From an uncultured Gammaproteobacteria bacterium (lineage in GTDB: Bacteria > Pseudomonadota > Gammaproteobacteria > UBA6002): a stretch of DNA of 64,000 nt. Shown here piece by piece: positions 29,266-41,037 of the stretch (within the stretch, counting starts at the first letter, position 1; each line of letters begins with the position of its first letter). Position numbers and translations under genes: made by a program. The notes beneath the pieces were generated by a model. That model was not told the DNA's origin. It made no database searches and saw only the letters and a list, made by a program, of their open reading frames with translations. The DNA is taken from contig CAVPKM010000009.1 of NCBI GenBank assembly GCA_963705725.1, positions 32,001 to 96,000 of the forward strand. Direction: 5' to 3'.

Positions 29266-32175
29266 ATGCTTAAACCCGTAGAAATCCATAATCTTAGAAT
29301 AGCTTTTGACACTGATGATGTTGAAAGAACAATTTCTATCATTAAAGAAAATCCAGAATTAATTATTCAAGAAATCATGGGCAGAAAAACTCCTCTGTAT
29401 CTTGCAGCTGAAAAAGGAATGACAGAAATAGTTAAAGCGATTTTAGTTATTTCACAAGACCCTGAAATGGTGAATAAAAAAATTTATAGCCGGTCTGCAC
29501 TTTTTATTGCTTCAATGAACGGACACACTGAAGTTGTCATCGCCTTATTACTTGTGCCCGGAATAGAGGTAGAAGCCAAAAAATCTCAAAGCGGATTGAC
29601 AGCTCATGAGATGGCAACTTGCCCTGATATTCAGGCACTTTTCAAACAAAAAATCCTGTTGATGAAATTATCTCAAGAAGACTTAAACCGGCTTGCTAAT
29701 GATCCGTCTGTTCATTCTCCACTTATTATTAAAAATAAAAATGAAATAGTAGAGGACGATTCTACTTTTCCCACCTATTCTCAATATTTAATGACACTTA
29801 GAAAAATCCCAACTGATGAGGACTTCGATAATTATTTAATTGCTTTGGTGGAAGCCAGAGTGACTTCAAAATCCAAAATTACCACACCAGAAAGAGATCA
29901 GGTTATTGCTAGAAAACTTTGGACAGATGTAGTAACAGATATTGATCGACTCAATGAAATCGATAAACAATCTCGTAATTTAAAAAAAGAAATAATAGAT
30001 CGTCTTTATTCACTTGGCTATACGAATAATACTGAGCAGTTATACCAAACTTGCCTTGAACTACTCAATGAGAATTCTGCAATTGTTGTAACTTTTAATG
30101 CAAGTTTTTTAAAGAAACAAGAGCTTTCTCATTACCAATTACAAAATTTATTCGAATATGCTTCAGATCCAAGAACCAGAGGTTGTTTTTATAAACCAAG
30201 AAGAGATGTGACAGAAAAAGAATTACTTCAATTCATTGATCCCGTACTATACGAAAAATTTTTTAATAACAATAGCGCAAGACCACGTTACGGGGCATTA
30301 ATTTTATTTGATAACAACCAACCCATTGAAGCGATTGCAGATTATGGCCAATCCTATTTCGTATTGGATAAGACCATGAAATACAATGCGCTTTTTAATT
30401 ATTGCGATTCAATGGATGCAAAATTTGATCATCATCGGGAAATAAAGACCTGCACATACCACCATTTTGAATTTCTCTTAGCTTACTGCAAAGATTTTCT
30501 ACTTACAGCGCTTGCAGAAAAAGCGCTAACTGGCAGCTACCCTGTCGACTATTCTCAACAATATGGCAGTGAAGGCGGAGGATATATTGAAGTCATGCTT
30601 CCTGCTATTAACCTTCTTGACGCTTCCTTTGTTAAACATTTTCATTTTCATCCTGACGAATATCAATTAACAGAAAAAGACTTAGAAAACCTATCTTCTC
30701 TTGGGATTACTGTCACTAATAGCCTTACGCATTCCTACCATCTATTAAGTCAACAATTTATGCAATATATTAATTGTGATAATCATGAGGGTGTAGAAAA
30801 AATGCTGAAAAGTTTTCCTTCACTTGTCCATATCGCGAATCGATCTGGAAAAGAGCCTATCCATATTGCAGCAAAACTGGGTCACAGAGAAATTCTATTT
30901 ACATTAATTAAGTACGATGCGAATCCAAACAAATTAACATCAAATGGCTTCACGCCTTTACATTTTGCAGTTCAGAAAGGCCATCATCTTTTAGTGAACG
31001 ATTTAATAGGTATAAAAGGCATTAATTTAAATCTGCGTCCTTATTCTCCTAGCACCTTGTCTAGCATGACACCTTTTTGGACTGCCATTCATTTAGCTAA
31101 TCGCGGAAGTCAGCCACATCTTGATATTTGCTCACATTTCATTCGAAAGGGTGTCGACTTGACCATTCCAAATTGCGATGGAAAGTTACCGTTAACAATG
31201 GCCGTCACTTTTGGCAATATGGGATTAGTAAAATTACTTGTTGACTCAAAAAAAAATATCGGCATCAATAGCCTGAGTGGCGATGGCTTAACTCCTTTAA
31301 TGCAGGCAGTAAGCGCAAGAAATTTTAGTATTACCGAAATGCTGCTGGCTGCTCCTGGAATGACAACGATAAACCATAAAAATAATAACGGTAAATCCGC
31401 CTTATATATTGCTGCTGAAAAGGGTAATATTGAAATTGTTACCTCATTATTATTATACCCAGGAATTGATTTAGAGGCACAATGCACCAAGGATGATAAA
31501 AAAACTTGTTTGCAAATTGCAATGCAACGTTCTCACAAAACAATCGCAAACTTGATCGAAGAAAAAATTCTATTAACCGCGATAAATAAGAAATTAAATC
31601 TTGCTTGGCTAGCAAATGATCCACTGGTTGTTTCATTATTTTTAAATCAAAAAAATAAGAATAACACGGCTAACGAAGATATCGAATTTCCTTCTTATTC
31701 AAACTACCTAGAAACCAAGACAACTGTATCTGATGAAACCTTTTTACTTTATTTAAAAGAATTAAAAGATCATTTATTTTCTCATTGCCAAGCTTGTACT
31801 GAAAATATTTTTTCTGATAACTTTGATGCAGTCATTGAAAGTATTTTTATTCTGTGGAGTCAAAAATATTCTGAAATAATTCGATTTCTCTCAGAAAATG
31901 AAAGTACGCTCTTCATTCAACAAGCCTTAAACACATTGCAAGTGCTCAATGATCAAATATTTAATTATTGTCATCAAAAAGACTACTTAACTGATAAATT
32001 AAAAATTCAACAATTAACTCACCATCTAGATTTTCTTATGGCATCATTTTCTGGAAATGGGTTTAATGAATGTGTTGACTTATTAAAACCTGTTCAGGTA
32101 ATACTTGAAGATTTAGCAGCAGCTACTGAGAAGCAACTAGACAATAATTCAAAACAGTCTTGCTTCGTGATGTAA
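29266..32175 (+). CDS. Ankyrin-repeat effector-like protein with central DUF3626-like domain and C-terminal CaaX (SCFVM)
   Basis: Many ANK repeats (TPLYLAAEKG, TPLHFAVQKGH, TPLMQAV); RPRYGAL...YGQSYFVL...YIEV core; ends KQSCFVM*. Confidence 0.82.
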   Translation: MLKPVEIHNLRIAFDTDDVERTISIIKENPELIIQEIMGRKTPLYLAAEKGMTEIVKAILVISQDPEMVNKKIYSRSALFIASMNGHTEVVIALLLVPGIEVEAKKSQSGLTAHEMATCPDIQALFKQKILLMKLSQEDLNRLANDPSVHSPLIIKNKNEIVEDDSTFPTYSQYLMTLRKIPTDEDFDNYLIALVEARVTSKSKITTPERDQVIARKLWTDVVTDIDRLNEIDKQSRNLKKEIIDRLYSLGYTNNTEQLYQTCLELLNENSAIVVTFNASFLKKQELSHYQLQNLFEYASDPRTRGCFYKPRRDVTEKELLQFIDPVLYEKFFNNNSARPRYGALILFDNNQPIEAIADYGQSYFVLDKTMKYNALFNYCDSMDAKFDHHREIKTCTYHHFEFLLAYCKDFLLTALAEKALTGSYPVDYSQQYGSEGGGYIEVMLPAINLLDASFVKHFHFHPDEYQLTEKDLENLSSLGITVTNSLTHSYHLLSQQFMQYINCDNHEGVEKMLKSFPSLVHIANRSGKEPIHIAAKLGHREILFTLIKYDANPNKLTSNGFTPLHFAVQKGHHLLVNDLIGIKGINLNLRPYSPSTLSSMTPFWTAIHLANRGSQPHLDICSHFIRKGVDLTIPNCDGKLPLTMAVTFGNMGLVKLLVDSKKNIGINSLSGDGLTPLMQAVSARNFSITEMLLAAPGMTTINHKNNNGKSALYIAAEKGNIEIVTSLLLYPGIDLEAQCTKDDKKTCLQIAMQRSHKTIANLIEEKILLTAINKKLNLAWLANDPLVVSLFLNQKNKNNTANEDIEFPSYSNYLETKTTVSDETFLLYLKELKDHLFSHCQACTENIFSDNFDAVIESIFILWSQKYSEIIRFLSENESTLFIQQALNTLQVLNDQIFNYCHQKDYLTDKLKIQQLTHHLDFLMASFSGNGFNECVDLLKPVQVILEDLAAATEKQLDNNSKQSCFVM

Positions 32176-32223
32176 AAGCAATCATTCTTTACGTGTTTTA
32201 ATATCTAATTTAATGGACGACTC

Positions 32224-35200
32224 TCATTCCATTAATGATAGCAAACTAGCATTGCCTCCTGCTGCAGTGGTATTAATGGTTAGTGTTCTTTCTACGCAAA
32301 GCCTGGGTAAATAATGTGGGCCGCCTGCTTTTGGCCCGGTTCCGGATAACCCTTCTCCTCCAAAGGGTTGGACACCAACGACTGCGCCAATCATATTTCT
32401 ATTTACGTAACAATTGCCTACTTTTGCTCTTTCTTGAATAAAGCGGATGGTTTCATCAATGCGGCTGTGGATGCCAAGTGTTAATCCATAACCGCTTTGA
32501 TTAATCTCTTCAATCACTTGGACTAAGTTTTCTTTTTTGTAACGAATTACATGCAGAATGGGTCCAAAAACTTCGCGCTCTAATAATTTCAGGCTAGGAA
32601 TTTCAAAGGCTTGCGGTGAAAAAAAGCTACCGTTTCTTGTATTGGTCTGTAAATTAATTTTATAGATTAACTTGCCGACTTTTTCTAAAAAATTAGCATG
32701 CGCTTCTAATCCAGCCACTGCCTTTTCATCAATAATCGGGCCGACATCGGTTTCAAGCAAATACGAGATATCGACAGTTAACTCGGCCATTGCACCTTGC
32801 AGGAGAGTGATGACCTTATCGCAAATTTCTTCTTGAAGAAATAATACACGCAGGGCAGAACATCGTTGTCCTGCGCTATAAAAAGCTGAAGCAATGACAT
32901 CCATAATCAGTTGTTCTGGCAAGGCAGAGGAATCGGCAATCATGGCATTTTGCCCACCGGTTTCTGCAATAGAGGGGATAATTGGGCCAGATTTTTCCGC
33001 TAAAGTTTTATTAATGTTTCTCGCTGTTTCTGTAGATCCAGTAAAAAGTACGCCGCTAATTCGATTATCTTCGATTAGTTTTTGCCCAACGATGGACCCC
33101 TTCCCCACTACTAACTGCAAAACATTTGCCGGGATACCTGCTTCATGGAAAAGTTCCACAGCCCTCGCTGCAATTAGGGGTGTTTGCTCGGCGGGTTTTG
33201 CAATGACAGTGTTACCTGCCACCAAGGCTGCCATCACTTGGCCGGTGAAAATGGCAAGAGGAAAATTCCAGGGACTAACACAAAGGAATATGCCCCTACC
33301 ATGCATTTGTAACTGATTGGTTTCTCCGGTCGGGCCAGTGAGGTTTTTTGTAGCGAGCTCGCTAGAGGCTTCTTCTGCATAATAACGACAAAAATCGACA
33401 GCTTCGCGCACTTCAGCAATCGCATCATTTAATGTTTTTCCTCCCTCACGCATAACTAAGGCCATGAGTTCTGGCATATTTTGTTCTAATAAATCCGCTG
33501 CCTTTCGTAATAATTTCGCTCGATCGGTTACCGGTGTCAGGTCCCATTTCTCTTTGGCAAAATAAGCCGCTTCAAGGGTTGCTTCGACCTCATCATTTGA
33601 TGCGGTCATCACATGGCCCACAATTAACCGTCGATCATTGGGTTCATAGTGAACCTTCCCCGCTTCTTTTTTTGGCTTTGATTGAATTGTCGGAAAGGCT
33701 TGCCATTGATAGTTTTGCCATTTTGATAATTCTTTGTCTAATTCTTGCTGAATGGTGACATTGCTTAAATCATAACTCTTCGAATTTTTTCTATCGGGAC
33801 CATAAATATCAGCAGGCAGTGGGATACGAGGATGAGGTTTATTTTTATTTGCTTTAACCTCTGCAATGGGATCGGCAATAATTTCATCGATGGGCAGCTT
33901 CTCATTGACAATTCGATTGACAAAGGAGGTATTTGCCCCATTTTCTAGTAACCTTCGTACCAAGTAGGGTAATAAATCCTCGTGTGTCCCGACTGGCGCA
34001 TAGACCCGGCAAGGAATTTTCCAATTTTCGTCTGTTACAATTTGGTCATATAAAGGTCTTCCCATCCCTTGCAAACATTGAAATTCAAAGTCTCGTCGAT
34101 CACCCATCAAGGTTAGAATCGTGGCCACGGTATGGGCATTATGTGTTGCAAACATTGGATAAAAGGCTTCAGGCATGGCAATGATTTTTTTTGCACAAGC
34201 GAGATAAGAGGTATCAGTATTACCCTTTCGAGTGAATACTGGATAATTATTAAAGCCTTTCACCTGACTTTCTTTAATTTCCGAATCCCAATAAGCTCCC
34301 TTCACTAGCCGCAGCATCCAGCGCCTTCCCTGTTTGTTTGCTATTTCTGCCAGCCAGTCGATTAAATAAAATGCACGTTTTTGGTAGGCTTGCACAGCTA
34401 GTCCTAGGCCTTCCCAATCATTTAAGCCTGGATCTGAAAAAATGGTTTCCAAAATATCAAGTGAAATATCTAATCGATCTGCTTCTTCCGCATCCACAGT
34501 TAAACTGATACCAAATTCCTTTGCCTGTAAGACTAAGACACTGAGTTTATCTATCACCGCAGGAACCACGATATTTTTCTTGGTATATTCATAACGGGGA
34601 TGAAGTGCAGAGAGTTTAACGGATATTCCGGGTGCATTGATAAAATGCTTTCCTCGAGAATGCTCCCCGATTGCTTGGATAGATTTTTGATAAGCTAAAA
34701 AATATCGCTCTGCATCTTGTGCAGTTCTTGCAGCCTCTCCTAACATATCAAAAGAAAAGCGATAACCTAATGCTTCTCTTTCCGCAGAACGGCGTAATGC
34801 TTCTTCGATATCCTGGCCTAAAATGAATTGTTTTCCCAATATTTTCATCATTTCTGCCACCGCTTTGCGGATGATTGGCTCACTGGTTTTTTCTATTAGG
34901 CGCTTAAGAACAGATCGCAATCGCTTAGGGTCTTCCTGGTTTGTACTCAGTATTTTGCCTGTCAACATCAGACCCCAAGTGGCCGCATTAACAAAAAGCG
35001 AATCACTTTTGCCCATATTTGACTGCCAATCTGCAGTGGCAATCTTATTTCGAATTAATGAAGTCACGGTTTCAGCGTCAGGAATTCGCAGTAGCGCTTC
35101 AGCAAGACACATTAATGCAATCCCTTCTTCACTGGATAAATCATAACGATACAAAAAGGCATCTAACCCTGTTTTTTTTGCCGTTTTCTTCCTAACCATG

Positions 35201-35361
35201 GCAACGAGTTCATGGGCTGTTTCTTGAGTAATCTTAGCTTTTTGATCTGTGATATGAAGGCTGCTTAGTAGATTTTCGATGCAATCTGTTTCATCTTGAC
35301 GATAGAACTGATCAAGTTGTTCGCGAATAGGATAAAGACATTGAGATTGGGAGTAGATCAT
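32224..35361 (-). CDS. putA: Bifunctional proline dehydrogenase / P5C dehydrogenase
   Basis: SFDMLGE, RLVKGAYWD, RRLLENGAN, AETGGQN, SAGQRCSALR. Confidence 0.98.
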   Translation of the reverse strand: MIYSQSQCLYPIREQLDQFYRQDETDCIENLLSSLHITDQKAKITQETAHELVAMVRKKTAKKTGLDAFLYRYDLSSEEGIALMCLAEALLRIPDAETVTSLIRNKIATADWQSNMGKSDSLFVNAATWGLMLTGKILSTNQEDPKRLRSVLKRLIEKTSEPIIRKAVAEMMKILGKQFILGQDIEEALRRSAEREALGYRFSFDMLGEAARTAQDAERYFLAYQKSIQAIGEHSRGKHFINAPGISVKLSALHPRYEYTKKNIVVPAVIDKLSVLVLQAKEFGISLTVDAEEADRLDISLDILETIFSDPGLNDWEGLGLAVQAYQKRAFYLIDWLAEIANKQGRRWMLRLVKGAYWDSEIKESQVKGFNNYPVFTRKGNTDTSYLACAKKIIAMPEAFYPMFATHNAHTVATILTLMGDRRDFEFQCLQGMGRPLYDQIVTDENWKIPCRVYAPVGTHEDLLPYLVRRLLENGANTSFVNRIVNEKLPIDEIIADPIAEVKANKNKPHPRIPLPADIYGPDRKNSKSYDLSNVTIQQELDKELSKWQNYQWQAFPTIQSKPKKEAGKVHYEPNDRRLIVGHVMTASNDEVEATLEAAYFAKEKWDLTPVTDRAKLLRKAADLLEQNMPELMALVMREGGKTLNDAIAEVREAVDFCRYYAEEASSELATKNLTGPTGETNQLQMHGRGIFLCVSPWNFPLAIFTGQVMAALVAGNTVIAKPAEQTPLIAARAVELFHEAGIPANVLQLVVGKGSIVGQKLIEDNRISGVLFTGSTETARNINKTLAEKSGPIIPSIAETGGQNAMIADSSALPEQLIMDVIASAFYSAGQRCSALRVLFLQEEICDKVITLLQGAMAELTVDISYLLETDVGPIIDEKAVAGLEAHANFLEKVGKLIYKINLQTNTRNGSFFSPQAFEIPSLKLLEREVFGPILHVIRYKKENLVQVIEEINQSGYGLTLGIHSRIDETIRFIQERAKVGNCYVNRNMIGAVVGVQPFGGEGLSGTGPKAGGPHYLPRLCVERTLTINTTAAGGNASLLSLME

Positions 35362-35386
35362 TGAGCCTCCAATAATACGGTGTTTA

Positions 35387-35440
35387 GTAACTATTCAGCA
35401 CAAGCTAGAGTCGCTAAACGTTCAGATTTTAGATAGTTAC
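35387..35440. mobile_element. Internally deleted MITE copy D (54 bp)
   Basis: GTAACTATTCAGCAC...GTCGCTAAACGTTCAGATTTTAG-ATAGTTAC; flanks GGTGTTTA / GGTGGTTA (7 of 8 match). Confidence 0.85.
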
Positions 35441-35445
35441 GGTGG

Positions 35446-35988
35446 TTAGACTTCTGCCATCATTGAGTCTTTATAGCGTTCCAAACTCAGCATAATTTCT
35501 TGAAATGCTTCTTCTACTCCTTGCCAACCTCCTATCTTGACCCATTTTCCCGGTTCTAAATCCTTATAATGTTCAAAGAAGTGCGCAATACTATTCAAGG
35601 TGACTTCACTGACGTCATGACAAGATTTAATCTGGGTGTAGAGGCCGGATAATTTATCAGTGGGCACTGCTAATAATTTCGCATCCTCCCCTGCTTCATC
35701 TGTCATCATTAATAATCCAATCGGACGACATCTGATCACTGAACCATTGAGTAATGGGAAAGGCGCTAATACGAGCACATCCAATGGATCGCCATCTTTG
35801 CAAAGCGTATGTGGCATATAGCCATAGTTACAAGGGTAATGCATCGAGGTTGACATAAAACGATCAACAAACAACACGCCGCTTTCTTTATTCACTTCAT
35901 ATTTTACTGGATCGCTTTGCGCAGGGATTTCTATAACAACATTAATGTCATGAGGAATATTTTGACCTGGACTTACTTTTTCAAACAT
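35446..35988 (-). CDS. ppa: Inorganic pyrophosphatase
   Basis: [24 protein letters not shown]; start set at MFEKV. Confidence 0.97.
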   Translation of the reverse strand: MFEKVSPGQNIPHDINVVIEIPAQSDPVKYEVNKESGVLFVDRFMSTSMHYPCNYGYMPHTLCKDGDPLDVLVLAPFPLLNGSVIRCRPIGLLMMTDEAGEDAKLLAVPTDKLSGLYTQIKSCHDVSEVTLNSIAHFFEHYKDLEPGKWVKIGGWQGVEEAFQEIMLSLERYKDSMMAEV

Positions 35989-36031
35989 TATGCTTCCTTT
36001 AATTAAAAAATTGATAATTATATGAAATGTT

Positions 36032-36475
36032 TCACCGCCTAGCCTGAAAAAACTGTTGCAAGAGGTGAGCACAATCCTCTGCAAGCAGTCCTCCTTCCCA
36101 GCTGACTTGATGATTATTTTTTAAATCAAGTAACTGACTATTATTCGCCACAAAACCCATTTTTTGATCATAAGCTCCAAAAACGAGGCGACCAATACGA
36201 GCATGGATAATTGCGCCTACACACATTGCGCAAGGTTCTAGCGTGGTATAAATCGTAGTATTTAACAGACGATAATTACCTAGTCTGCCTCCCGCTTGAC
36301 GAAGCGCAATGATTTCAGCATGTGCAGTTGGATCATTTCTTTTTATGGGTTGATTATATCCTTCACCGATTATTTCATTATTGTGAACCACTACAGCCCC
36401 AACCGGTACTTCATTCTCCTCTGCCGCCTGCCTTGCTAGACGAATGGCACGACTTAGCCAGTGGCGATGATCCAT
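36032..36475 (-). CDS. tadA: tRNA adenosine(34) deaminase
   Basis: [21 protein letters not shown]. Confidence 0.96.
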   Translation of the reverse strand: MDHRHWLSRAIRLARQAAEENEVPVGAVVVHNNEIIGEGYNQPIKRNDPTAHAEIIALRQAGGRLGNYRLLNTTIYTTLEPCAMCVGAIIHARIGRLVFGAYDQKMGFVANNSQLLDLKNNHQVSWEGGLLAEDCAHLLQQFFQARR

Positions 36476-36486
36476 ATTTTCTTGCA

Positions 36487-38064
36487 CTATTCCCACTCAA
36501 TCGTGGCAGGAGGTTTACCTGAAATATCATAAACCACACGCGAAACATGCTGAACTTCATTGATAATGCGATTTGAAATTTTTGCTAGCAAGGAATAAGG
36601 CAATTCTGTCCAATGTGCGGTCATAAAATCTATGGTTTCCACTGCTCTAAGTGCAATAACATAATCATATTTTCTGGCATCCCCCATTACTCCGACGGAT
36701 TTAACTGGCAAAAAAACACAAAATGCTTGACTGGTTTTTTCATAATAGCCGCCTGCTCGTAATTCGCTAATAAAAATATGATCAGCGGCACGTAAGATGT
36801 CGATATATTCTGCTTTTACTTCACCTAATATGCGTACGGCAAGGCCCGGGCCTGGGAATGGGTGCCGATAAATCATGTCATAAGGCAATCCTAACTCTAA
36901 ACCGAGTTTTCGTACTTCATCTTTGAAAAGCTCCCTTAGAGGTTCCAGAAGCTTCAATCCCATTTCAGCTGGCAGCCCACCCACATTGTGATGAGATTTA
37001 ATGACATGCGCCTTACCTGTTTTACTACCGGCCGACTCAATGATGTCAGGATAAATAGTTCCTTGTGCTAACCAAGCAGCGGAAGGTAACTGAGCAGCCT
37101 GTGCTTCAAAAACTTTTATAAATTCATGTCCAATGATTTTTCTTTTTTGTTCTGGATCTTCTATTCCCTTTAGGGCAGAAAAAAATCGATCTTTCGCATC
37201 GACGTGGATCACTTTTATGCCCATATGTTGCTCAAAGACAGCCACCACTTGTTCGGCTTCATTTAATCGCAACAAACCCGTGTCTACAAACACACAGGTT
37301 AGTTGCTTACCGATCGCTTGATTTAATAACGCTGCGACAACAGAAGAATCTACTCCACCAGAAAGCCCAAGAATAACCTGGTCATCTTTGACTTGATGTT
37401 TAATACGCTCGATGCTATTCGAAATAATGTTTACTGCACTCCATAAAGGTTGACAATTGCAGATATCTCTGACAAAGCGTAGTAAAATTCTTTCTCCTTG
37501 AGTCGTATGAGTGACTTCAGGATGAAACTGCAGGCCATAAAAATGCCGCGAAACATCTCCCATTGCAGCTAAAGGTGCATTTGTCGTACTGGCAAGGCAG
37601 CTAAATCCTTCAGGCAAGGCAATGACGCGATCACCGTGACTCATCCAAACATCAAGTAGTGGCATGCCCAAAGCTGAAATTCGATCTTCAATGCCATGAA
37701 ATAAAGGGCTCTCGCCTAGGATGTGCATCTCAGCATAACCATATTCACGATGCTTGTAAGCTTCCACTTCTCCACCGAGTTGTGATGCCATTGTTTGCAT
37801 ACCATAGCAAATCCCCAAAACAGGACAATCCATCTCAAAAACAAGCTGTGGCGCCCTGGGTGTATTGTTCCCCAACACGGTTTCAGGTCCACCCGATAAA
37901 ATAATTCCATTTGGCGAAAATGATTCAATCTCTTCTTCTGTTATGTCAAAAGAATAAATTTCACAGTAGACACCCATTTCCCGCACACGACGAGCAATTA
38001 GCTGGGTGTATTGCGAGCCAAAATCGAGGATTAAGATCCGCTCATTATAAATATCTATCGGCAT
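36487..38064 (-). CDS. guaA: GMP synthase
   Basis: [35 protein letters not shown]. Confidence 0.99.
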   Translation of the reverse strand: MPIDIYNERILILDFGSQYTQLIARRVREMGVYCEIYSFDITEEEIESFSPNGIILSGGPETVLGNNTPRAPQLVFEMDCPVLGICYGMQTMASQLGGEVEAYKHREYGYAEMHILGESPLFHGIEDRISALGMPLLDVWMSHGDRVIALPEGFSCLASTTNAPLAAMGDVSRHFYGLQFHPEVTHTTQGERILLRFVRDICNCQPLWSAVNIISNSIERIKHQVKDDQVILGLSGGVDSSVVAALLNQAIGKQLTCVFVDTGLLRLNEAEQVVAVFEQHMGIKVIHVDAKDRFFSALKGIEDPEQKRKIIGHEFIKVFEAQAAQLPSAAWLAQGTIYPDIIESAGSKTGKAHVIKSHHNVGGLPAEMGLKLLEPLRELFKDEVRKLGLELGLPYDMIYRHPFPGPGLAVRILGEVKAEYIDILRAADHIFISELRAGGYYEKTSQAFCVFLPVKSVGVMGDARKYDYVIALRAVETIDFMTAHWTELPYSLLAKISNRIINEVQHVSRVVYDISGKPPATIEWE

Positions 38065-38072
38065 TCTACTTC

Positions 38073-39545
38073 CTAATCTACAGAATAATTCGGGGCTTCC
38101 TTGGTAATAATGACATCATGGACATGACTTTCGCGCATGCCGGCATTTGTCACTTTTACAAAGTGTGTTTTTGTTCTCATTTCTTCAATCGTGCCACATC
38201 CCGTATAACCCATACCTGATCGAATACCACCTATCAATTGATGAACCACTGCCACCAGCGTGCCTTTATAGGGCACTCGACCTTCTATTCCTTCTGGAAC
38301 GAGCTTCTCGCTATCGGATAAATTTTCTTCTGGGACAAAATAACGGTCATGTGAACCCCGTGACATCGCTCCGATAGAGCCCATACCACGATATTCTTTA
38401 TAAGATCGCCCTTGATATAAAACCACTTCTCCAGGCGCTTCTTCTGTCCCTGCAAAAAGACCACCAATCATAATTACCCAAGCGCCAGCTGCAAGCGCTT
38501 TACAAATATCCCCTGAAAACCGAATGCCTCCATCCGCAATAATGGGGAGACCTGACCCTCTTAAGGCATCTGCGACATTAGCAATTGCGGTTACCTGCGG
38601 AATACCTACTCCTGCAACGATACGTGTTGTGCAAATAGAGCCTGGACCAATGCCTACTTTAACTGCATCGACCCCCGCTTTTTTTAACGCAAGCGCGGCT
38701 TCTGCTGTTGCAATATTTCCGCCAATTAATTGAAGATGAGGATAATGATGTTTTATCCATTTAATTTTGTCTATCACACCTTGAGAATGGCCATGTGCTG
38801 TATCCACAATAATAAGATCAACACCCGCTTCAGTTAATGCCGCCACTCGTTCTTCTGTCTCAGCGCCTGTACCAACAGCTGCGCCCACTCTTAATCGACC
38901 TGAATCATCTTTGCATGCAAAAGGCTTTTCTTTTGCTTTTAAGATGTCCTTAACGGTAATCATTCCCTTAAGATGAAATTTAGAATTAACAACCAGTATT
39001 TTTTCAATCCGATGTTTATGCAATAAATAGGTAATTTCTTCTTTTGGCGTCCCTTCGCGCACAGTGACCAATCTTTCCCTAGGTGTCATGAGGTTCGCAA
39101 CGGGCTGATTTAAATTTGTTTCAAAACGGACATCACGATTGGTGATTATGCCTAATAACTGCTCTCCTTCTACCACCGGCATGCCAGAAAACTTATATTT
39201 TTGACTGAGTTGCAATACTTTTTCAACTGTGGTGTCTCGTGAAACTGTTACGGGATCTTGAATGACGCCACTTTCAAATTTCTTTACCATTGAGACTTGA
39301 TTTGCTTGATCTCTGATACTCATATTTTTATGCAGGATGCCTATCCCTCCTTCCTGAGCAAGCGCAATAGCTAGATTTGCTTCTGTCACTGTATCCATCG
39401 GCGCAGAAACTAAAGGGATATTTAGCTTGATATCACGTGTAATTTGAGTGGCCAATGAAGCCTGCTTGGGCAATACGTGGGAATGGGCTGGCATTAATAA
39501 AACATCATCGAATGTAAAAGCTTCTTGAAAAATACGCATAATCAA
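38073..39545 (-). CDS. guaB: IMP dehydrogenase
   Basis: TFDDVLL, CBS pair, [11 protein letters not shown]. Confidence 0.99.
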   Translation of the reverse strand: MIMRIFQEAFTFDDVLLMPAHSHVLPKQASLATQITRDIKLNIPLVSAPMDTVTEANLAIALAQEGGIGILHKNMSIRDQANQVSMVKKFESGVIQDPVTVSRDTTVEKVLQLSQKYKFSGMPVVEGEQLLGIITNRDVRFETNLNQPVANLMTPRERLVTVREGTPKEEITYLLHKHRIEKILVVNSKFHLKGMITVKDILKAKEKPFACKDDSGRLRVGAAVGTGAETEERVAALTEAGVDLIIVDTAHGHSQGVIDKIKWIKHHYPHLQLIGGNIATAEAALALKKAGVDAVKVGIGPGSICTTRIVAGVGIPQVTAIANVADALRGSGLPIIADGGIRFSGDICKALAAGAWVIMIGGLFAGTEEAPGEVVLYQGRSYKEYRGMGSIGAMSRGSHDRYFVPEENLSDSEKLVPEGIEGRVPYKGTLVAVVHQLIGGIRSGMGYTGCGTIEEMRTKTHFVKVTNAGMRESHVHDVIITKEAPNYSVD

Positions 39546-39658
39546 AACCCTTGGTTCATCAATTTAGAACAGAAAAGTAGCGGAGAATTAGCAGTAGTAT
39601 ACAATACCTCTTCCCTACCAACAACCTAGGGTTATTCGCATCAATCATAGGAAAAATT

Positions 39659-41029
39659 TTGAGTTATATGATGAAAGAAAATCTAATAGATAAAATATCG
39701 CATACTGTATCAGAGCTGAATCGCGCTGTTAAAGTTTTGCTTGAAACGAATTTTCAAATGCTTTGGGTCGAAGGTGAAATTTCAAATTTATCCAGACCTC
39801 AATCGGGCCACTTGTATTTCACGCTGAAGGATGCAAATGCTCAAGTACGATGCGCTATGTTTCGCACACGTAGCGGCCTTAGCCCTATCAAGATTGAAAA
39901 TGGCATGCAAATTTTAGCTTATGCAAAAATTAGTCTTTATGAAGGACGCGGTGACTACCAGTTAATTATTGAGCAACTTGAAGAAAAGGGCGAAGGCTTA
40001 CTCAAGCGACGTTTTGAAATATTACGAAACAAGCTAGCCAGCGAAGGATTATTCGATGTTTCAAGAAAAAAATCCCTGCCTACTTATCCAAAAAAAATTG
40101 GCGTGATTACCTCAAGTACCGGTGCTGCCATTAAAGATGTGTTATCCGTGTTAAAAAGACGTTTTTCTTGTATTCCTATTATTTTATATCCTACTGCTGT
40201 GCAAGGAGAACTGGCAGCAAATCAAATTGCAGAGATGATCCGCATTGCAAATAAACGAAATGAATGTGATGTATTAATTCTCTGTCGTGGCGGCGGCGCG
40301 CTTGAAGACCTTTGGGCCTTTAATGAAGAGGTCGTGGCAAGAGCACTTGATGAAAGCCATATTCCCATTGTTTCTGGGATCGGGCATGAAATTGATTTCA
40401 CCATCGCGGATTTTGTCGTGGATCAACGCGCCCCTACCCCTTCTGCCGCAGCTGAGTTAGTTAGCCCATCAAAATCAATTTATTACCAACAATTTCACGA
40501 GTTAAATAAACGATTCATTGCCTACATCACAAATGAAATAAAATATGGGCAATTGCTTCTTCAAAATTATCAGGGCAGAATTTTAGATCCGCGCACAACA
40601 TTCCAACACCAACATCAAAGAATAACTATACTTGCACAAACTTTAGAGCATTTATTTAAGTCGCGATTAAAAACAGAAGAAAATAAATTCAAGATGATCC
40701 GCTTAAAGCTTTATCACTTAAATCCACTCGAAACGTTGAAAACAAACAGAAATATTTTAAATACGGGCAGAAATGCGCTTTTTCAATTTATCACTCGAGA
40801 ATTGCAACAGGCAGGCTATCGTTTGAGCGCAACTTTACGCACCTTAAATTCTGTCAGTCCTTTGCAAACGCTGGAAAGAAGCTACAGTATCACGCTGAAA
40901 GATAATCAAGTGATCGATGATATTGCCATGGTTACACGCGGTGACTGGCTAAAAATTCAACTGAAGAATGGCTATATTCATTGCATAGTTGAAAAGACCG
41001 AATCGGGTAACCCCCTGCTGAATGGGTAA
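39659..41029 (+). CDS. xseA: Exodeoxyribonuclease VII large subunit
   Basis: WVEGEISN, SGHLYFTLKD, RGGG, GHEIDFTI, APTPSAAAE; divergent from guaB as usual. Confidence 0.97.
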   Translation: MSYMMKENLIDKISHTVSELNRAVKVLLETNFQMLWVEGEISNLSRPQSGHLYFTLKDANAQVRCAMFRTRSGLSPIKIENGMQILAYAKISLYEGRGDYQLIIEQLEEKGEGLLKRRFEILRNKLASEGLFDVSRKKSLPTYPKKIGVITSSTGAAIKDVLSVLKRRFSCIPIILYPTAVQGELAANQIAEMIRIANKRNECDVLILCRGGGALEDLWAFNEEVVARALDESHIPIVSGIGHEIDFTIADFVVDQRAPTPSAAAELVSPSKSIYYQQFHELNKRFIAYITNEIKYGQLLLQNYQGRILDPRTTFQHQHQRITILAQTLEHLFKSRLKTEENKFKMIRLKLYHLNPLETLKTNRNILNTGRNALFQFITRELQQAGYRLSATLRTLNSVSPLQTLERSYSITLKDNQVIDDIAMVTRGDWLKIQLKNGYIHCIVEKTESGNPLLNG

Positions 41030-41037
41030 CTTGTATG

